64,000 nucleotides of DNA from Gnetum montanum (taxonomy: Eukaryota; Plantae; Gnetophyta): the NCBI GenBank assembly GCA_015680685.1, contig MNCI01001632.1, forward strand, positions 124,026-188,025, in the 5' to 3' direction. Under the pieces are notes generated by a model. The model was not told the origin of the DNA. It did not search any database and saw nothing but the letters and a program-made list of their open reading frames with translations. Below, in pieces: positions 50,731 to 64,000 of this stretch. A program made the position numbers and the translations under genes. Numbering within the stretch: position 1 is the stretch's first letter; each line of letters opens with the position of its first letter.

Positions 50731-53700
50731 AAAGTACTCCTCTTCTCAACAAACTTATTAAGACTCCTTGTCTTTAAGCAAAGGAAACTCCAGAATAGGT
50801 ACATCCCTCTAGCGAATCAGTAAACTAATGAAATAGATATGGTTTATTTAAGGGTTACTCATAAATAATTGAACCAAGATAAAGGTAAAGCTATTAAGCA
50901 TCTTAAAAGAAGCATGTTAGCAAAGTTTTCACTCTCTATTTTTGATTAGCTAAATGTTGAAGTATGTAGATTAATGAATAGTAAAGGTCATTATTTGGCA
51001 AGGGATTTCTTTGATGAACCTTTGATAGTACTATAAGAAAATTACTTTTCTTGGAAGTTGTTCAATCCAAAAGAAGCTAAGCTTGACAAAAGGTTTTTAC
51101 TCAATGGAACATAATATGCAAGGGTAAACATAGCTAGAAGAGTAAGGTTGGAAAAAATAAGAATAAATAAAGAGTTAGCAATATATCTTACAAGAACAAA
51201 AAAAGCTGAAAGAACAACAATAACAGTAGTTACTAGAGTAATATAAGCAAATAGAGCTTTAACAAAAGGGAAAGATCTTCATTAGATCTCCTTGTAGTAA
51301 ACTTTCCATTTGGATACTTAATGAAAGAAGTGGCACAAGCTATTAAATTCAAAGAAAAGAAAGATCAAAGAACATTAAGTCAAAAGCTCCCAACTAAATT
51401 AGAAATAAAAGCTAGTGTAAGTTTTTAGTACAAAGAAGATGATCCATAAACTAGAAAGTAGAAGCTTGTAATGTCCAATCAAGAGATGTTAAAAGCCATA
51501 GCCACATTAATGGAAAACATAGGACAAATAGCTAACAACTAGATCACTAAGCTTAGACATTTACTCTTATAGAATGAAAATAAGGTATGAAAGTTAAAAG
51601 AGGAAGTCAAAGGATTAAAAGAAGAAAATGAGCAGCTCAAGATGACAATTTTCATCAATGAATCACAACTTGAAAACAAGGAATATGCAAATATGTAGCT
51701 AGAAGAAATCTTAGTTGTTTTTAGTTTAGAGATAGAACAAGAATAAAAAGAAAAATCTCTATATTACTCTCATCTTACTTTAACAAGCTTCAAGGAAGTC
51801 ATCATTGAGATGAACTACAATAAAGAATGGATGAAATAAACTAGAGAAGAAATCTTGAGGATGAGGGAAAAATAGGCTATGTTTGTTTGGATGAAAAGAA
51901 AAGCTGAAGAGTTATATGATTTGGCCAGAGCCAAAAGACAATCTACCTTAGTATAAATAATATTTTCTTGATATGATGCTGATGTCTCTTATAGGGATTA
52001 TGAATGAAACTACTAGAAAGAAGTTATAATTTGAACAAGCTTGTTTTGGTGTAGGGGTTGCATTGATTAAAAGAAATAATTCTATAATAGAATCAAGATT
52101 TGGAGAAAATAATGTTAAAGAAGTTATTAAGAAGCTTGATAGTACTAAACCAAATTCAATGAATCAAGCTATTAAGATTTTTCTTAATCATGGGATGTTA
52201 TCTTAGTAGTTGATGATAGAAGGGCTTCAAGTTTAGAGAATATGAAAAATCTATCAAGAGGTAGAATAGTTAACTAGTGGCTTGCAATTATGAGGAGAAT
52301 GTGAAGAATTGAAGCCTTAAATTTTATAACTATTTTAACTGCTAGAGGCTAATATAAAAATCCTAGAGCAAATTTGTTAAAAATAGGAAAGAAGAAAAAA
52401 ATATTATAAAAATAATTTCAAATAGTGACATTTTGAATAGGTATTACTTATCCCTTTTATCTTTCATCTCTTATCTATATTTTTTATTTGAATGACTTTT
52501 CTGTTTTGCTTGGCTTAAATATACTTAATTACATATGAATGGATTACTAGTTTTGGAGTATGTTTTTTTTTCTATAAATAGAGATTTAACATGTTTTTAT
52601 GATTCTAGTTGAATGGAATAGCTTTGATAGGTGTTGATTTTGAATTAGCTTAACATAGGAAATATTGTCATATTTATACAATTTTGAGCTTTTGTAATAA
52701 TTTCAATACCTTAGTCTTCTATTCTATCTAGCAAAACTTTTATGGTCTAGGATCAAGAAGTTAGCTAAGAAATAGTTCAAAGATTAATATTGAAATTTCC
52801 TATAAAACCATTCATTCAATATATATGTACATTGTAAAAGATTTAAAGGTAAATCCAAAGGAGAGCTATTCAATTTATTTAATAATGCTAAGAGATAGCT
52901 AGGAGGGACAATAATTAGCCATTCATAGGATAATAATTTCATAGAAATATTTTTACTTTGTGAGTTATTATTTATTTTTAAACACTCTTAGCCATGTTAA
53001 GCTCATTAGAAACCAACAGAGGCTATTTGGTGATATCCATGCCTTGGTACTACTAGAGACTAGCAAGCACTTAAAATGAGTTATTTAGGTTATTCCTTAT
53101 GACAAGGTTATTTTTCTATCACAACATATGGGAAAATTGGGAAAATTAATTCAAATCAAAAAAGTACTTTTTGCACTTTATAAGGATCAAAGTTTTATTT
53201 GCTATTTGCATAAAACTAAAAAGGTAGAATGAATAAATTATGGCATATTCTTAATAGCAATATACATTTATTCTTTAATTTTAAATTAAAAAAGAAATGA
53301 AAAAACTTTAAATTTAGAACAATAACATTGTGAATACCTATATAAGTACAATAAGTTTCAATCTAATTATTCAAAATTGATATAGGTGGAATCTTTATCT
53401 AAAAAACCTAATAGGATAGTTCTTTAAGAAATTGTGAATGACAGCATCAAGTAGATCATATGGTAGATTGAAGCAATGTTGAATGATATGAGATTCAATT
53501 CCTACTCCTATATAATTAAACCCTGCACTCCCATTCACATCCATAGTGAAATTATTCTATACAATTTTTAGGCCTTGTAGATTCATAAATTTCTATATCA
53601 ATGAAAATTCTCCTCCTCTTACCTAGAATTGTTGAAAGATCTTCTCACCAAAGTCTCTATAAACCATAACCAATAATAATTAGGAATCAAAACTTGAAAA

Positions 53701-55749
53701 GAAGATTAATTATAATTACTAATATATTAAGGAAAAATATCATTTTTGTTAGTTAAGACTCAGAAACAGTATTAGATGTCACAAGCTTATCATAACCAAT
53801 AGCTTCCATTTGTGGAAACTGAAGATCAACATTAGGCATAACATGATTAAAATATTAGGTTGGGATATATTGGTGTTGAAGAATGATATTTTGAATAGTT
53901 GAGTAGAGATATTTAGTAAAGAAGAATTGAATTAGATGAGAGAATCGATTTTAAGATAAATATATATTTTTAATTGCACATTTTCTTTGAGCCACTTTAA
54001 TTTATGTCAATTTTACTTTACTATAATCAAAAAAATCATCATGACAAATAGATTAAAACTTACTACCAATATTGTTCAAAAATTGATTACTATATTCTTG
54101 ATCAATAATAATAGGAAAAACATTTATAGCATAATTCATCATACAAATATCTTGAGAAACAACATTATTAAATATAATAGCATTTTGAAGACTACCATCA
54201 AAACACAAATTATAAGACACAACATTACGAAAAATATTAGATCCATAACCCTATGTACTACTAATGTTCAAATTGTCATTAAATAAAATTTTAGAATAGT
54301 TCCCTAAGTTTCATGTAGAATTAAAACTTATTTTACATGATAGAGGAGAAAATAAATATGAAGAAAGAGAAGAATGAGAAGAAGAATTTGTTGATGTCAT
54401 ATCATTAAACAAGTTAATGGATGGGCCCACAATTAAACTTTGGAAAATTTGCATACTCTTCTCTTTACTTTCTTTAGTCAAAAGTCCTTCATGATGATTT
54501 GTAATGATATATTCATTGCATATAGACCAATTTGAAAATTCATTATCATACCCCACTTAAAATCAAAGGGAAAAACAAAGAAAAGCTTACATAAAAGAAG
54601 ATATACTAAAATAAAATGTGAAGAAAGGTTAAGTACATCAAAGAAAAAAAAGTATGATTCTAATTTTATAATATCAAACATGTTTTTATATTTTTTGCAA
54701 TTTTTAATTTACCTCAAATCTCATAGTTCCAATGATGCTAAAATGTTAAGAGATCTCTAAAGTAGCATGAAAGTGAATTAAATGAATGATCCAAGGGTTC
54801 ATGAAGCATATTACAAAGTGTTATGAGATTCAATGAATAATTTCATTAAAGGAAAAATCACATAATATTAACTATTTTATCAATATAATATCATTATTTT
54901 ATTATGTAATCAATATCATTAGTATGAAATAAATGCTAAGTATATACTCTTATAATCAATATTAATATCTATTTTACATCAATATGAATTCAATGGAAAA
55001 TCAAGTTAATACAATCTAATTTATTAAAATGAATATATCTGGTTCTAGCTAAAATAAAAAATCATACTATAATTTCTATTAATTCATCCATCAACTAAGA
55101 ATCAATTACAACTCTCTTCAATAAATTACAATATAACATCCTAGTATTTTAGAGTATAGAACCTTTGCTTTATTATCCATTATCATGTTTGTTGCCTAAG
55201 ATTAATGTTATATTTTATTATCTAATGTTCTATTGTACCTTGATAATGTAGGTTAATAATCTTATTTTATGCTATTAAGAGTTGAACTTAAGATCTATTA
55301 ATTTTCATACATCTTAAGGTTTGGAATCTTGACTCATTGCTTGCATGTGATACTTTGGTATTTTTATTATTTTATCTTTTATTTTTATTTTTGGTTTATT
55401 TTGTAATTACATTTACTAAATATTGTTACTCCTAAGTGTGTACTAACTAGAAGGATGGTGGTAGCCCATTACTCATACTTTATTTATGATTTAAGTTATG
55501 TATAATGATCATACTATTTATGTGATGCAATAGCCACTAGTTATGAAGTGGAGGACAAAGAAGTCCCTACTAGAGTGCATGCACTCACACTTGATAGTTA
55601 GTTATAGTGATAGTAATAGTGATAGTAAAGGTAGGGTAGGCTTTATAGGGAAGGATACATGCCCCATCCTATTAGCTTAAGTAAGGAGTCAAACTAGCCC
55701 AAACCATCTATCTTTACTTTAAAATTAAGTAGCACATAATAGATGTCTC

Positions 55750-58300
55750 TCAACAAGTGATTGACTGAAAATGGATGGATGAAAGAGAAAACATTCATTA
55801 CATTGATTATAACAACTCATAGTAAAGTAAAGGGGTAGAATCCAAGAAGTGGAAAAGGGAGAATCTTCTCCTAACCTTTTCTTAATCTTTCTCTACTTAG
55901 GTCTCGTAGACTAGTTATTTCAATTAATAGAGTTTCTTGTAGATGAATAAAATTATTTTCTAATAATTACTTAATATGATCTAATATATAAAGAGCCTTA
56001 AGATGAAAAACTATCATGTTAGGTTTAGAATAAAAAGATCATGAGTTGTTAATGGAGAAGAAGAGGAGTAGAATAAAACTTATTCTAAGAGTGACTACCT
56101 AAATGACTAAATATGTGGTCATTGATCTTCTACACTATCTCAATTTAACATATTGGACCTCATATAGAAGGTTTCTTTATACTAGTTTCTTCTACCTATA
56201 GTGCAATTGAAGCATCTAAAGAAGAATTTAATGTGCTTCTAGTAAGTAATGGAAGAAGTCATCCCTATCATCATATAATAAAAGCACATGGCTTTACCTA
56301 TTTAGAAGAACTTGATTCTATGTTCAAACATCACATGACAATAGATGTTATCACTATCATTGGTACTCATAATATTGTGTTTGGAGTTGCAAATAGATCT
56401 AGGATTTCTAATGAAGGGAAGTTGGGATAACCATTATCTTTTGAATTGATCTTTGTAGTATCTAGATCATTCTCCCATGGTAATTTCCATCCATAATAAG
56501 GTAATTCCATTATAGTAACTCATTAGAAGAGCTCCCTATTTTACGTTTTTCTTTAGATGTCTAGTAAACAAATTTTGTTGTTAAGTTCAACTATTTTCTT
56601 TAATGATGGAATTAAATCAATACTCATACCTTTAATGATAGTACAAGTCCTTTCACTCACTGTGTTTATGATGAGGACTATAAGGAAAGAGTCTATCTTT
56701 TAACTAGCACATCATGTGTGTTTACTTTTTATCTGAAGGGATAATATATCACTTGATTTGTTGACTTACTAGGTCACTTCATTCTAGCTAGTAAGATTTT
56801 CCTCAACCCCTAAAATAGCTTGTGTTACTTGATTTCCTTGTTTATTGAGTATTATTAGTTCACCTAATCCTCTATAATTCTTATCTTGACCCTCTAAGAT
56901 ATCATAATAACAAATAAGATATATAAGTAAATGCAATTGATTTATCTTGAAAGTATGGGATTATGTGAATTAGTAACTCATAATAAACAAGAATTAGTGA
57001 TTCAAAATAAATAGGGCCATCTCCTCTTAGGTCTTTATTGGATTTTTAGTTACTCAAATGAGAGAGAATTATCACTCTCTTTATGAAAGGCTCTAAAACT
57101 TTAGTGTGAAAAGTACTGGGAGCCCTAAGCCACTATCATGAACATGTTGCTATAACTATTAGAAAATAGTTAAATCTAGATGAGCACAAAATGATTCACT
57201 ATCACTCTTATGAGGGATTGATCAAGCCCCTTTTTTATCAAATGCAATTACACTTGATGGTAAGAATCTAATCTAAAATAAGGCCTTGTTAGATATATGC
57301 TAATGAAAAAATTAGCATGGTGCTTCAAAGATTGAATAATATCTACTCTATGTACCACATCAAAAGTTACTTAATCTAGTTGGTACTGTAAGGACTAAAA
57401 GCAAGGGAAAAAAAGAAATAAATATAGATATCCTAATTTACCTTACTCGACTTAACTTACCTTCACTCAAAAGAAAAGTAGTACCTAATGGTACAATGAA
57501 CATCTCCTTCTAGCCTACTTCCCCCTAACCTTAGTAACCACTGGTTAGAGGTATGAAAGAAAGGAAGAGTAAGCTACACCAACAAGAACTAATGTAACTA
57601 TAAATGAACTTTGATCTAAACCTAAATAGGATTAGTATTGGTTAGAGGAAATAGTTCATTGAAGATGCCCATGTAGATCCTATTATAAGGATCTCCATAA
57701 GGGAGGAAAACTATCAATCACTACGAAAGGTTTAGTATCTTTACTTGAGCAATAAAAATTGTCATAACTCACTAGGGATGACTATGATAACTAATACTTT
57801 CCCATGATATATCTAGCCATTCCACACCAAAGAAATGAAGTTGAATGACAAGCATTAATTTCTTCCTTTGGACCCTAAATGAGGTGGATTCCCATTTACA
57901 TAAAAAAATGGAAGCATTGATGGAGATGGAATGGTTGGTCTAAGGATGTTGGCTCACTTGTTGGGCATGAATAGTTTCCAAATTTACTTAAGTTATTATG
58001 CCAAACAAAACCTTCTTTAGGAGATACTATATTTCTTAAATAAGACATCTATTTATTCCTATGTTTGCCCTAACTCAAAAATAATGTAGCATATATAACT
58101 TATCCTTTTCTTAATACATCATTTAGTGATTTCTCTCACAAATATACATAAATATTATTACATGAGGTTCCCAACTAGTATATGGTAGCTACAAGGCTAG
58201 ACAAACATATGGAAGATCCAGCTATTCTTAGCTAAACTTTATTTTATACCCTTATGTAAATACCAATAGATGCATGACTAGCTAAGATTATTGTGTCTAA
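55750..58300. mobile_element. Possible highly degenerate PIF/Harbinger remnant (Myb/SANT-like ORF on +, transposase on -)
   Basis: KAHGFTYLEELDSMF (about 56280-56325, +) resembles the Myb/SANT-like F.Y.ELD..F motif. On the minus strand there are weak ATIY*LG and MGKY*L matches. No TIR or TSD was found. Confidence 0.3.
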
Positions 58301-58499
58301 CCTAGATCATTCTTAGAAGTTCATAAAAGAACAGATCCTAAGAGGAAGAGTTAACCTAATCCACCTAGGAAGTTAGCCTTACCCATGTATCCCCAATGTA
58401 GAATTTAGGAACAAGAACTACATTAAGGAACAAGATAGGTTACATAATCAAGGGTTGGAAAGAGAAGTTAGATGAAGAAAAGTATTAGGTATATAAAGT

Positions 58500-61400
58500 T
58501 TAGATGCGACAAGCATGATATTATAGCAACAAAGAAATTGGTTGTAAGGGTGAATTTGGTGAAGCCACATCCTACCTTTCAAAAACTAGTATCATTATAT
58601 TCTGCTAAAGTATTCTTTTATGAAATTTAGGTTTTAAATAAGTGAATTCTCATATTAGTTTTTCAGTATTTTGGATTTCTTGTAGATTTTTTAGGGCATA
58701 AATGTTTTTGATAAGGAATAATTTAAAGATGAAAAATACTAATGTCTCTTATATTATAGAGACTATGAAAAATTTCGAGGCTTTTTATTTTGTTTGATTT
58801 GATGATTTATATGAATCCTTGTCAAAATATATTAATTCATAATATATATTTTTATAGATTATTAGATTTATTTACCCAAATAAGAATTTTGTACCAATTA
58901 TTCAAGCTATCCTTAAATGCTATGAAATTAATGTTTTACATATTCATTATTTTTTAGAATCTTTTTTGCTTGTGATTCCAACAAATTGTAAAATGGTTGA
59001 AAAATCATTAAATCTTAAAGTTTTTATGGATTAACATAATACTTTTATTTATTAAAAATAAAGAGTGGATTTTAATCACTATTCTTCTAATTACTTTAAA
59101 GTTTCTAGCTAGAGTGAATTAAAAAATCTTCCTCTTATTTCTCAAAGTGTTGAAAGTGAAATTACTCACAGCATTGGTACAATCCTAAAAAAATAGTCAA
59201 AAACAATACTGCAAGATGTGTAATGCACATGTTATTTTATAAGCTTTATTTACAATGAAAGAATAAAAAATTAAAAGTTAAATTTGGTAATTAGTATTTT
59301 TCCCAAAAATTACATATTATAATTTGTGAGGATGTTGTAGCTATTATTGTTGTGAAGGCCGTGTTATTGAAATTTATCCTATTCTTAATAATAACATTTT
59401 TCATAAGGGGGAAAAACTATTTTTTAAAAATACAAATAATGGTAGTTTTTAGTAAGAACAAGTAAAATCTTCTTCAACAAGTTCTCAATATTTTACTAAT
59501 CCTTTTAATTCTAAATATGTTAATAAACTATTAATATCTAGAGAGAATTTCTCTTTAAAAAATTAAATTTTTATTTGGGACCAACAATGAAAATAATAAT
59601 AAACATAGATTCCACTTAGTACAACATTAAAAAAAGAGGGATGCAAATACTACTTTCAATTTAATAATTTTAAAGGTATCTCCTTCTTTCTCTACTTCTA
59701 CTATTATTACAAATGTTTTTTTATTAGAAAATGGCTTTTCATCTATTAGTAACATGGATTATGAGATAAATGATGAGCTTGAAGAATTAAGGATGGGGTC
59801 TCCTCCCCTGCATCTCAATGTTAATTTTATCATGGAATGTTTAGACCCTTTCTAATAGGTTATATGCAAAGATTGCTAGGGAGTATCTTTCAATTCGACA
59901 TATATCTCTAGGATTTCTTTCCTCACAAGAAATTATCATTTTAGTGTATCATATTAGTTTTATTAGTAAATGCATTTTATAAAATTATAGTATTATTTCT
60001 ACTGCTCATTAAAAAAATAAAGGATATGCTCTTATTCTTGTTAATAAATATTGAGTTTGAAAAGTTTTGAACTCTAGCTTTAACAATCCTAGAAGAGTTA
60101 TTTGTATTACTTATCATAGTGAGAAAAAAATTTGAACTTTGTAATATTTTTGCTTCTAATAATTTGAAAGGTTGATTAGAGGTTTAAAAATAGCTTTTAT
60201 ATCTTTCTAAAGAACCTAGGATTATTGGAGGTAATTCCAATATCATTGAAAATTATTTAGATAAAGTTGATGGTCTTCCTCTTAATCTTTATCATTGAAA
60301 AAAAAAAGAATATTGATGCAATCTTAAAGAAAAGTATTTTCTTTCTGATGTTATCTCTTGATTCTTACATCAGTCAATTAAGAAGCATTATAATTGATGT
60401 AATTATCAAGAAGGAAATAATAGAATTTATTATTGAGTTCATAGATTTTACATCTCTAATGTCTCATTTTGAAAGCCTGCAAGGAAAGTAGAAGTGAAAA
60501 CTGATACTAATTTCCAAAACCATTTTCCTACTATCATTTTGTTGTCTAGAAGTAATTCTTTCTCTTCTTAAAATCATGATCATTTTTATATAAATTCTAA
60601 CATGTTTACAAAACCTAGTGTAATGGAAAAACTATTTTGAAGTCTATATCAAATAGAAAAAATTCTACTAGTTATATTAGTTGAATTAACTCATGGTAGT
60701 TAATAACTTGTTGAGTGAGAAATTATTTGAGATGGTTTGGAAAGCAATTTTCTTAGTGTAAGCATCAAGTTAACAAAGATCTTGCAAATTCTGACAAGTA
60801 GATGAAAATTATTTTATATTAAAATTCCTTTGATTTTGAAATTCAAAAAACCTTAGCTAAAGCTTGTTATGCTAAATAATGTTAGGATTATTTTGAAGCT
60901 AAAAGTGCTTTCGATAAAAATCACATGTGTTGGCTAAAAGTTAAAGATGAACCTTGCAAGGAATTTTTATAATTTATAAAAGCAAAGATTTAGGTACCTA
61001 AACTAAAATCATATTATATAAATGATTCCATTGTTATAGATGTTAAGTCTATTAATAGTTTTTTAGTAAATCATATTTCTTCTATTATTTCTTTTGAAGC
61101 TTTTATCATGAAATTTTTTGAAGTCTATACTACACATATTCCTTATGTTATAAAAAAATCACATTGAAGTATTCTTGAAGTAGAAATTATAACAAAAGTA
61201 ATCAAATCAGTGGCATTTAATTTAGTAGATGGAAAAGCTTCAAGCTTTGAAGGATTTTCAATTACATTTTTAAAGAAGAATTTTCACATCATTGAAGATA
61301 ATCTCTTTTATGTTTTCCAAGAAAGCATTAAGAATTTCTCTTAATAAAGATATTAATAATTGTGTGATTTGTATTCTTCCTAAGAATGAGGGTCTTGAAC

Positions 61401-64000
61401 ATATTAGCAATTGAAGGTTTATTTCTCTTCTTAACAATACTTATAAAATTTTAACTAAATGCATGGCTTGCTAAATTGAGAAGGTTATTGAAATTATTAT
61501 TACACCTAAGAAGAGTGATTTTATTAAAGGTAAACATAACTTAAATAAGATTATTATAGCTTAGAAGGGAATGTAGTGGGCTTTTGATACTATCCAAGAC
61601 ATTACATTTATTAAGTTAGATTATGCCTAAGATTATGGCACAATTTAATGGAATTCATTATTTTTGCCTCTATAAAATAGGATTTGATAATTATTTTATT
61701 TATCATGTCCATAGCCTTCTCACTAATTTAATACTCATGTTGTGATTAGATTTAGATAAGCTCATATTTTCCCCTTCAATATTCCATTCATCAAGATTAT
61801 TCACTATCTTTCTATATTTTTATTATTTCTAAATACTTTCTTTCACATAATCTACATTATGATCTTCAAAGGAATATCATTAAGGGAATTTCAATTAATG
61901 AACAAGGTATTCAATTTCTTAACATGCACTTTGTAAGTGATTTTCTTTTTATGATCAACAATTCTATACAACATATCCATACTATTTTAGCTAAAGTGAT
62001 GGATTACTACATGTTAGTTGGATCTTGGATCATTTAGTAAAAATATGCTATTTTTTGTAATGCTAATATTAATGATTAGGTTACTCTCAAGTCTTGAAAA
62101 ATCGTTTTAAAAAAATTTTCACCAAAATTTTAGGAATACCTTTTTCTTTTGAGCCTAATCTTACTATTTTTTCAAATTATGTGTTTAATAAAATTGAAAA
62201 GAAGCTTGACAAATGGAAGCAAAAAAAAGTTGACCCTTGCTAAAAAACTATTTTAGTTATTGAGAAAATGCTTTAATAACTCATTTTATTACTTCAATTA
62301 TTAGGTTATTTATAAAACTTCTTAAGATATAATTTATTGTATTATTTTCTTAGTTTCTTTAGTTTGCTAAGCAACATAGAAAATGGTTTTCTAGAGTTAC
62401 TTTGGATACTTGCACTAGTAGTAATAAAGATGGAGGATTTGACCTTATTAACTATTATAACTCAGATATTTCTCTTGTAGAAAATGTTTAAAAAGGACAT
62501 TAATGAAGATGATGTTTGGATGTTTTTTTTTAAGAAAAAAACTTATGCAAGGAAAACCTACGAATGATAAAAGTTGATCTTCTAATAATGTTTTTTACTA
62601 TCTTCATTTTCCTTAGGTCATTCCTATTTCTAGTTATCCAATTCTTACACAAGCTTGGAAGACATGATGCTAGCTTAGTATATATTGGAATTACATTCAT
62701 ATTATAGTTTTAGAAGCTATGCTTAACCAAATTATCCCATTATGGCTTCATTTTAATGAAGGATCTTAGAGAACTAATGCATCTAGATTTTGTACCACTT
62801 GGAGAAAATTTGGTATTGTTGTAGTTTCTTGTCTACAGATACATGATATATGGATTATTTGGAATGAAGATTCTAGCCTCTATAGTTTGAATAGAAAGAG
62901 AAAAATATTTTAAAAATTTAATTTATAACATTAAAAATTATTTACAGTTGAAAATAGTTTACATCAGGCTTTTTCAAATATTTTTTGGAAGGATGTTAAA
63001 TATATTTTTCCTTTTAATTTGGAAGTTACTTATGAGATTTCTAGAAGGAATGATTTTATTCATAAAAAATTTGATAAGGCCTAGAAAATATAATTAGTAT
63101 CATACATTCATATAAGAAAAATAAAAGATATTTGAAGACTCTTATATTTCCTAAAAATCATATTTTTTATGGTTTTTTATTCATCAAATCTTGCTATCAA
63201 CACTCATCTTAGAAATAAGAAATGTTTCTTCTTAATGTCCTCTTTATAAAATTGAAGGTTTATTTTCTTTCTTTTTTTGAATGTCTTGTTATTCAACATG
63301 ATTGAAAATGGACATACAAAATATGTAATAGCTTTCAACCAAGTATCAATGAGGTCATTCTTAATCAACCTACTTTATCTACTTTCTTTCTTTACATTTG
63401 AAAATATCTTTAACCACTTATTCTCTACTCTATTTAGAATCTTTAGTATGTACTTATTTTCTAGTAGTAACACCCTAACTATGACCTCTCTTTAGGATTC
63501 AAATATAATATTCTCAAAGATATCACTTTTCAAGTATAACTTCAAGTTAAAAACTTCATGTGGAAGCTATATAGTTAATTTGTTTTCCACAATATTAACT
63601 TCTTTTTGTTTATGAGGCTTAAGAATGGGAAGCTTTCAGCTTTTGTTATTATTTATTATTTATTTTTTATTAATGTATTATTTTATCTTTAGAGAGAGTT
63701 TTCCCTTCTTTTTATAAGAAAAACTTTACTAAGTAAAAACCTATGAGGAAACTTTTTAATAAGGGTAGGACTTGGTCATTTTCCTACCCCATAGGTGAGG
63801 TTTTTTAGGACTAGTTATAAGCATGAAATCCTAAAAATGCATTTCCTAAACCATGAGACTTTTCTTTAGACTCTCTTTTCAATGATCTAACATACTTTAA
63901 TGAATTGTTTTATATTATTATATGTTTTTTTGGGATCCAACCCTACCTTAAATTTATATTTTTATGTTTTATTATATTATATGATTTTGGAATAAAGTAA
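58500..64000 (+). mobile_element. Degenerate near full-length AT-rich L1 LINE
   Basis: ORF1 knuckle remnant CSYYCCEGRVIEIYP (about 59336). ORF2 start MLILSWNV at 59818, GGNSN (GGDFN) at about 60228, GKASSFEGF at about 61231, ISLLNNTYKILTKCMA, and HFVSD (FADD) at about 61927. The left boundary is approximate. Confidence 0.85.

Noticed and set aside
53330-53700. Possible Gypsy gag remnant on the minus strand
   Set aside because: Only vague similarity (NLPYDLLDAVIHNFLKNY), with no LTR, PBS or TSD to support it.
53987-54286. 99-aa Ile/Asn/Lys-rich ORF
   Set aside because: Low-complexity product of extremely AT-rich decayed DNA.

Overview
Plant nuclear DNA, AT-rich and dominated by decayed transposons. 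A non-angiosperm vascular plant is plausible but is my inference only. One host gene is recognisable: a DEVIL/ROTUNDIFOLIA (RTFL) small peptide at 2461-2625. The rest is mostly mobile DNA. (1) An intron-containing hAT transposase pseudogene (BED finger, DUF659, dimerisation domain) is interrupted by a near full-length GC-rich L1 LINE (8386-14270, 18-bp TSD, poly-A). This LINE carries an unexpected third ORF after ORF2. (2) A PIF1-type helicase remnant lies next to a 375-bp foldback element that sits in (TA)n. (3) A five-level nest, all on the minus strand, runs AT-rich L1 > SIRE/Copia C (21153-45453) > SIRE D (22213-40607) > Athila/Gypsy A (27873-40499) > Athila B (29714-36130). Every LTR element has a readable 5-bp TSD, PBS and PPT, and none shows RT, RNase H or integrase. 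(4) A truncated SIRE element, very degenerate remnants and a plus-strand AT-rich L1 fill the right end. A 423-N gap lies at 33549-33971. The best novelty candidate is the L1 ORF3, which resembles the accessory ORF family of LTR retrotransposons. All family assignments come from motif recognition by eye; no searches were run.
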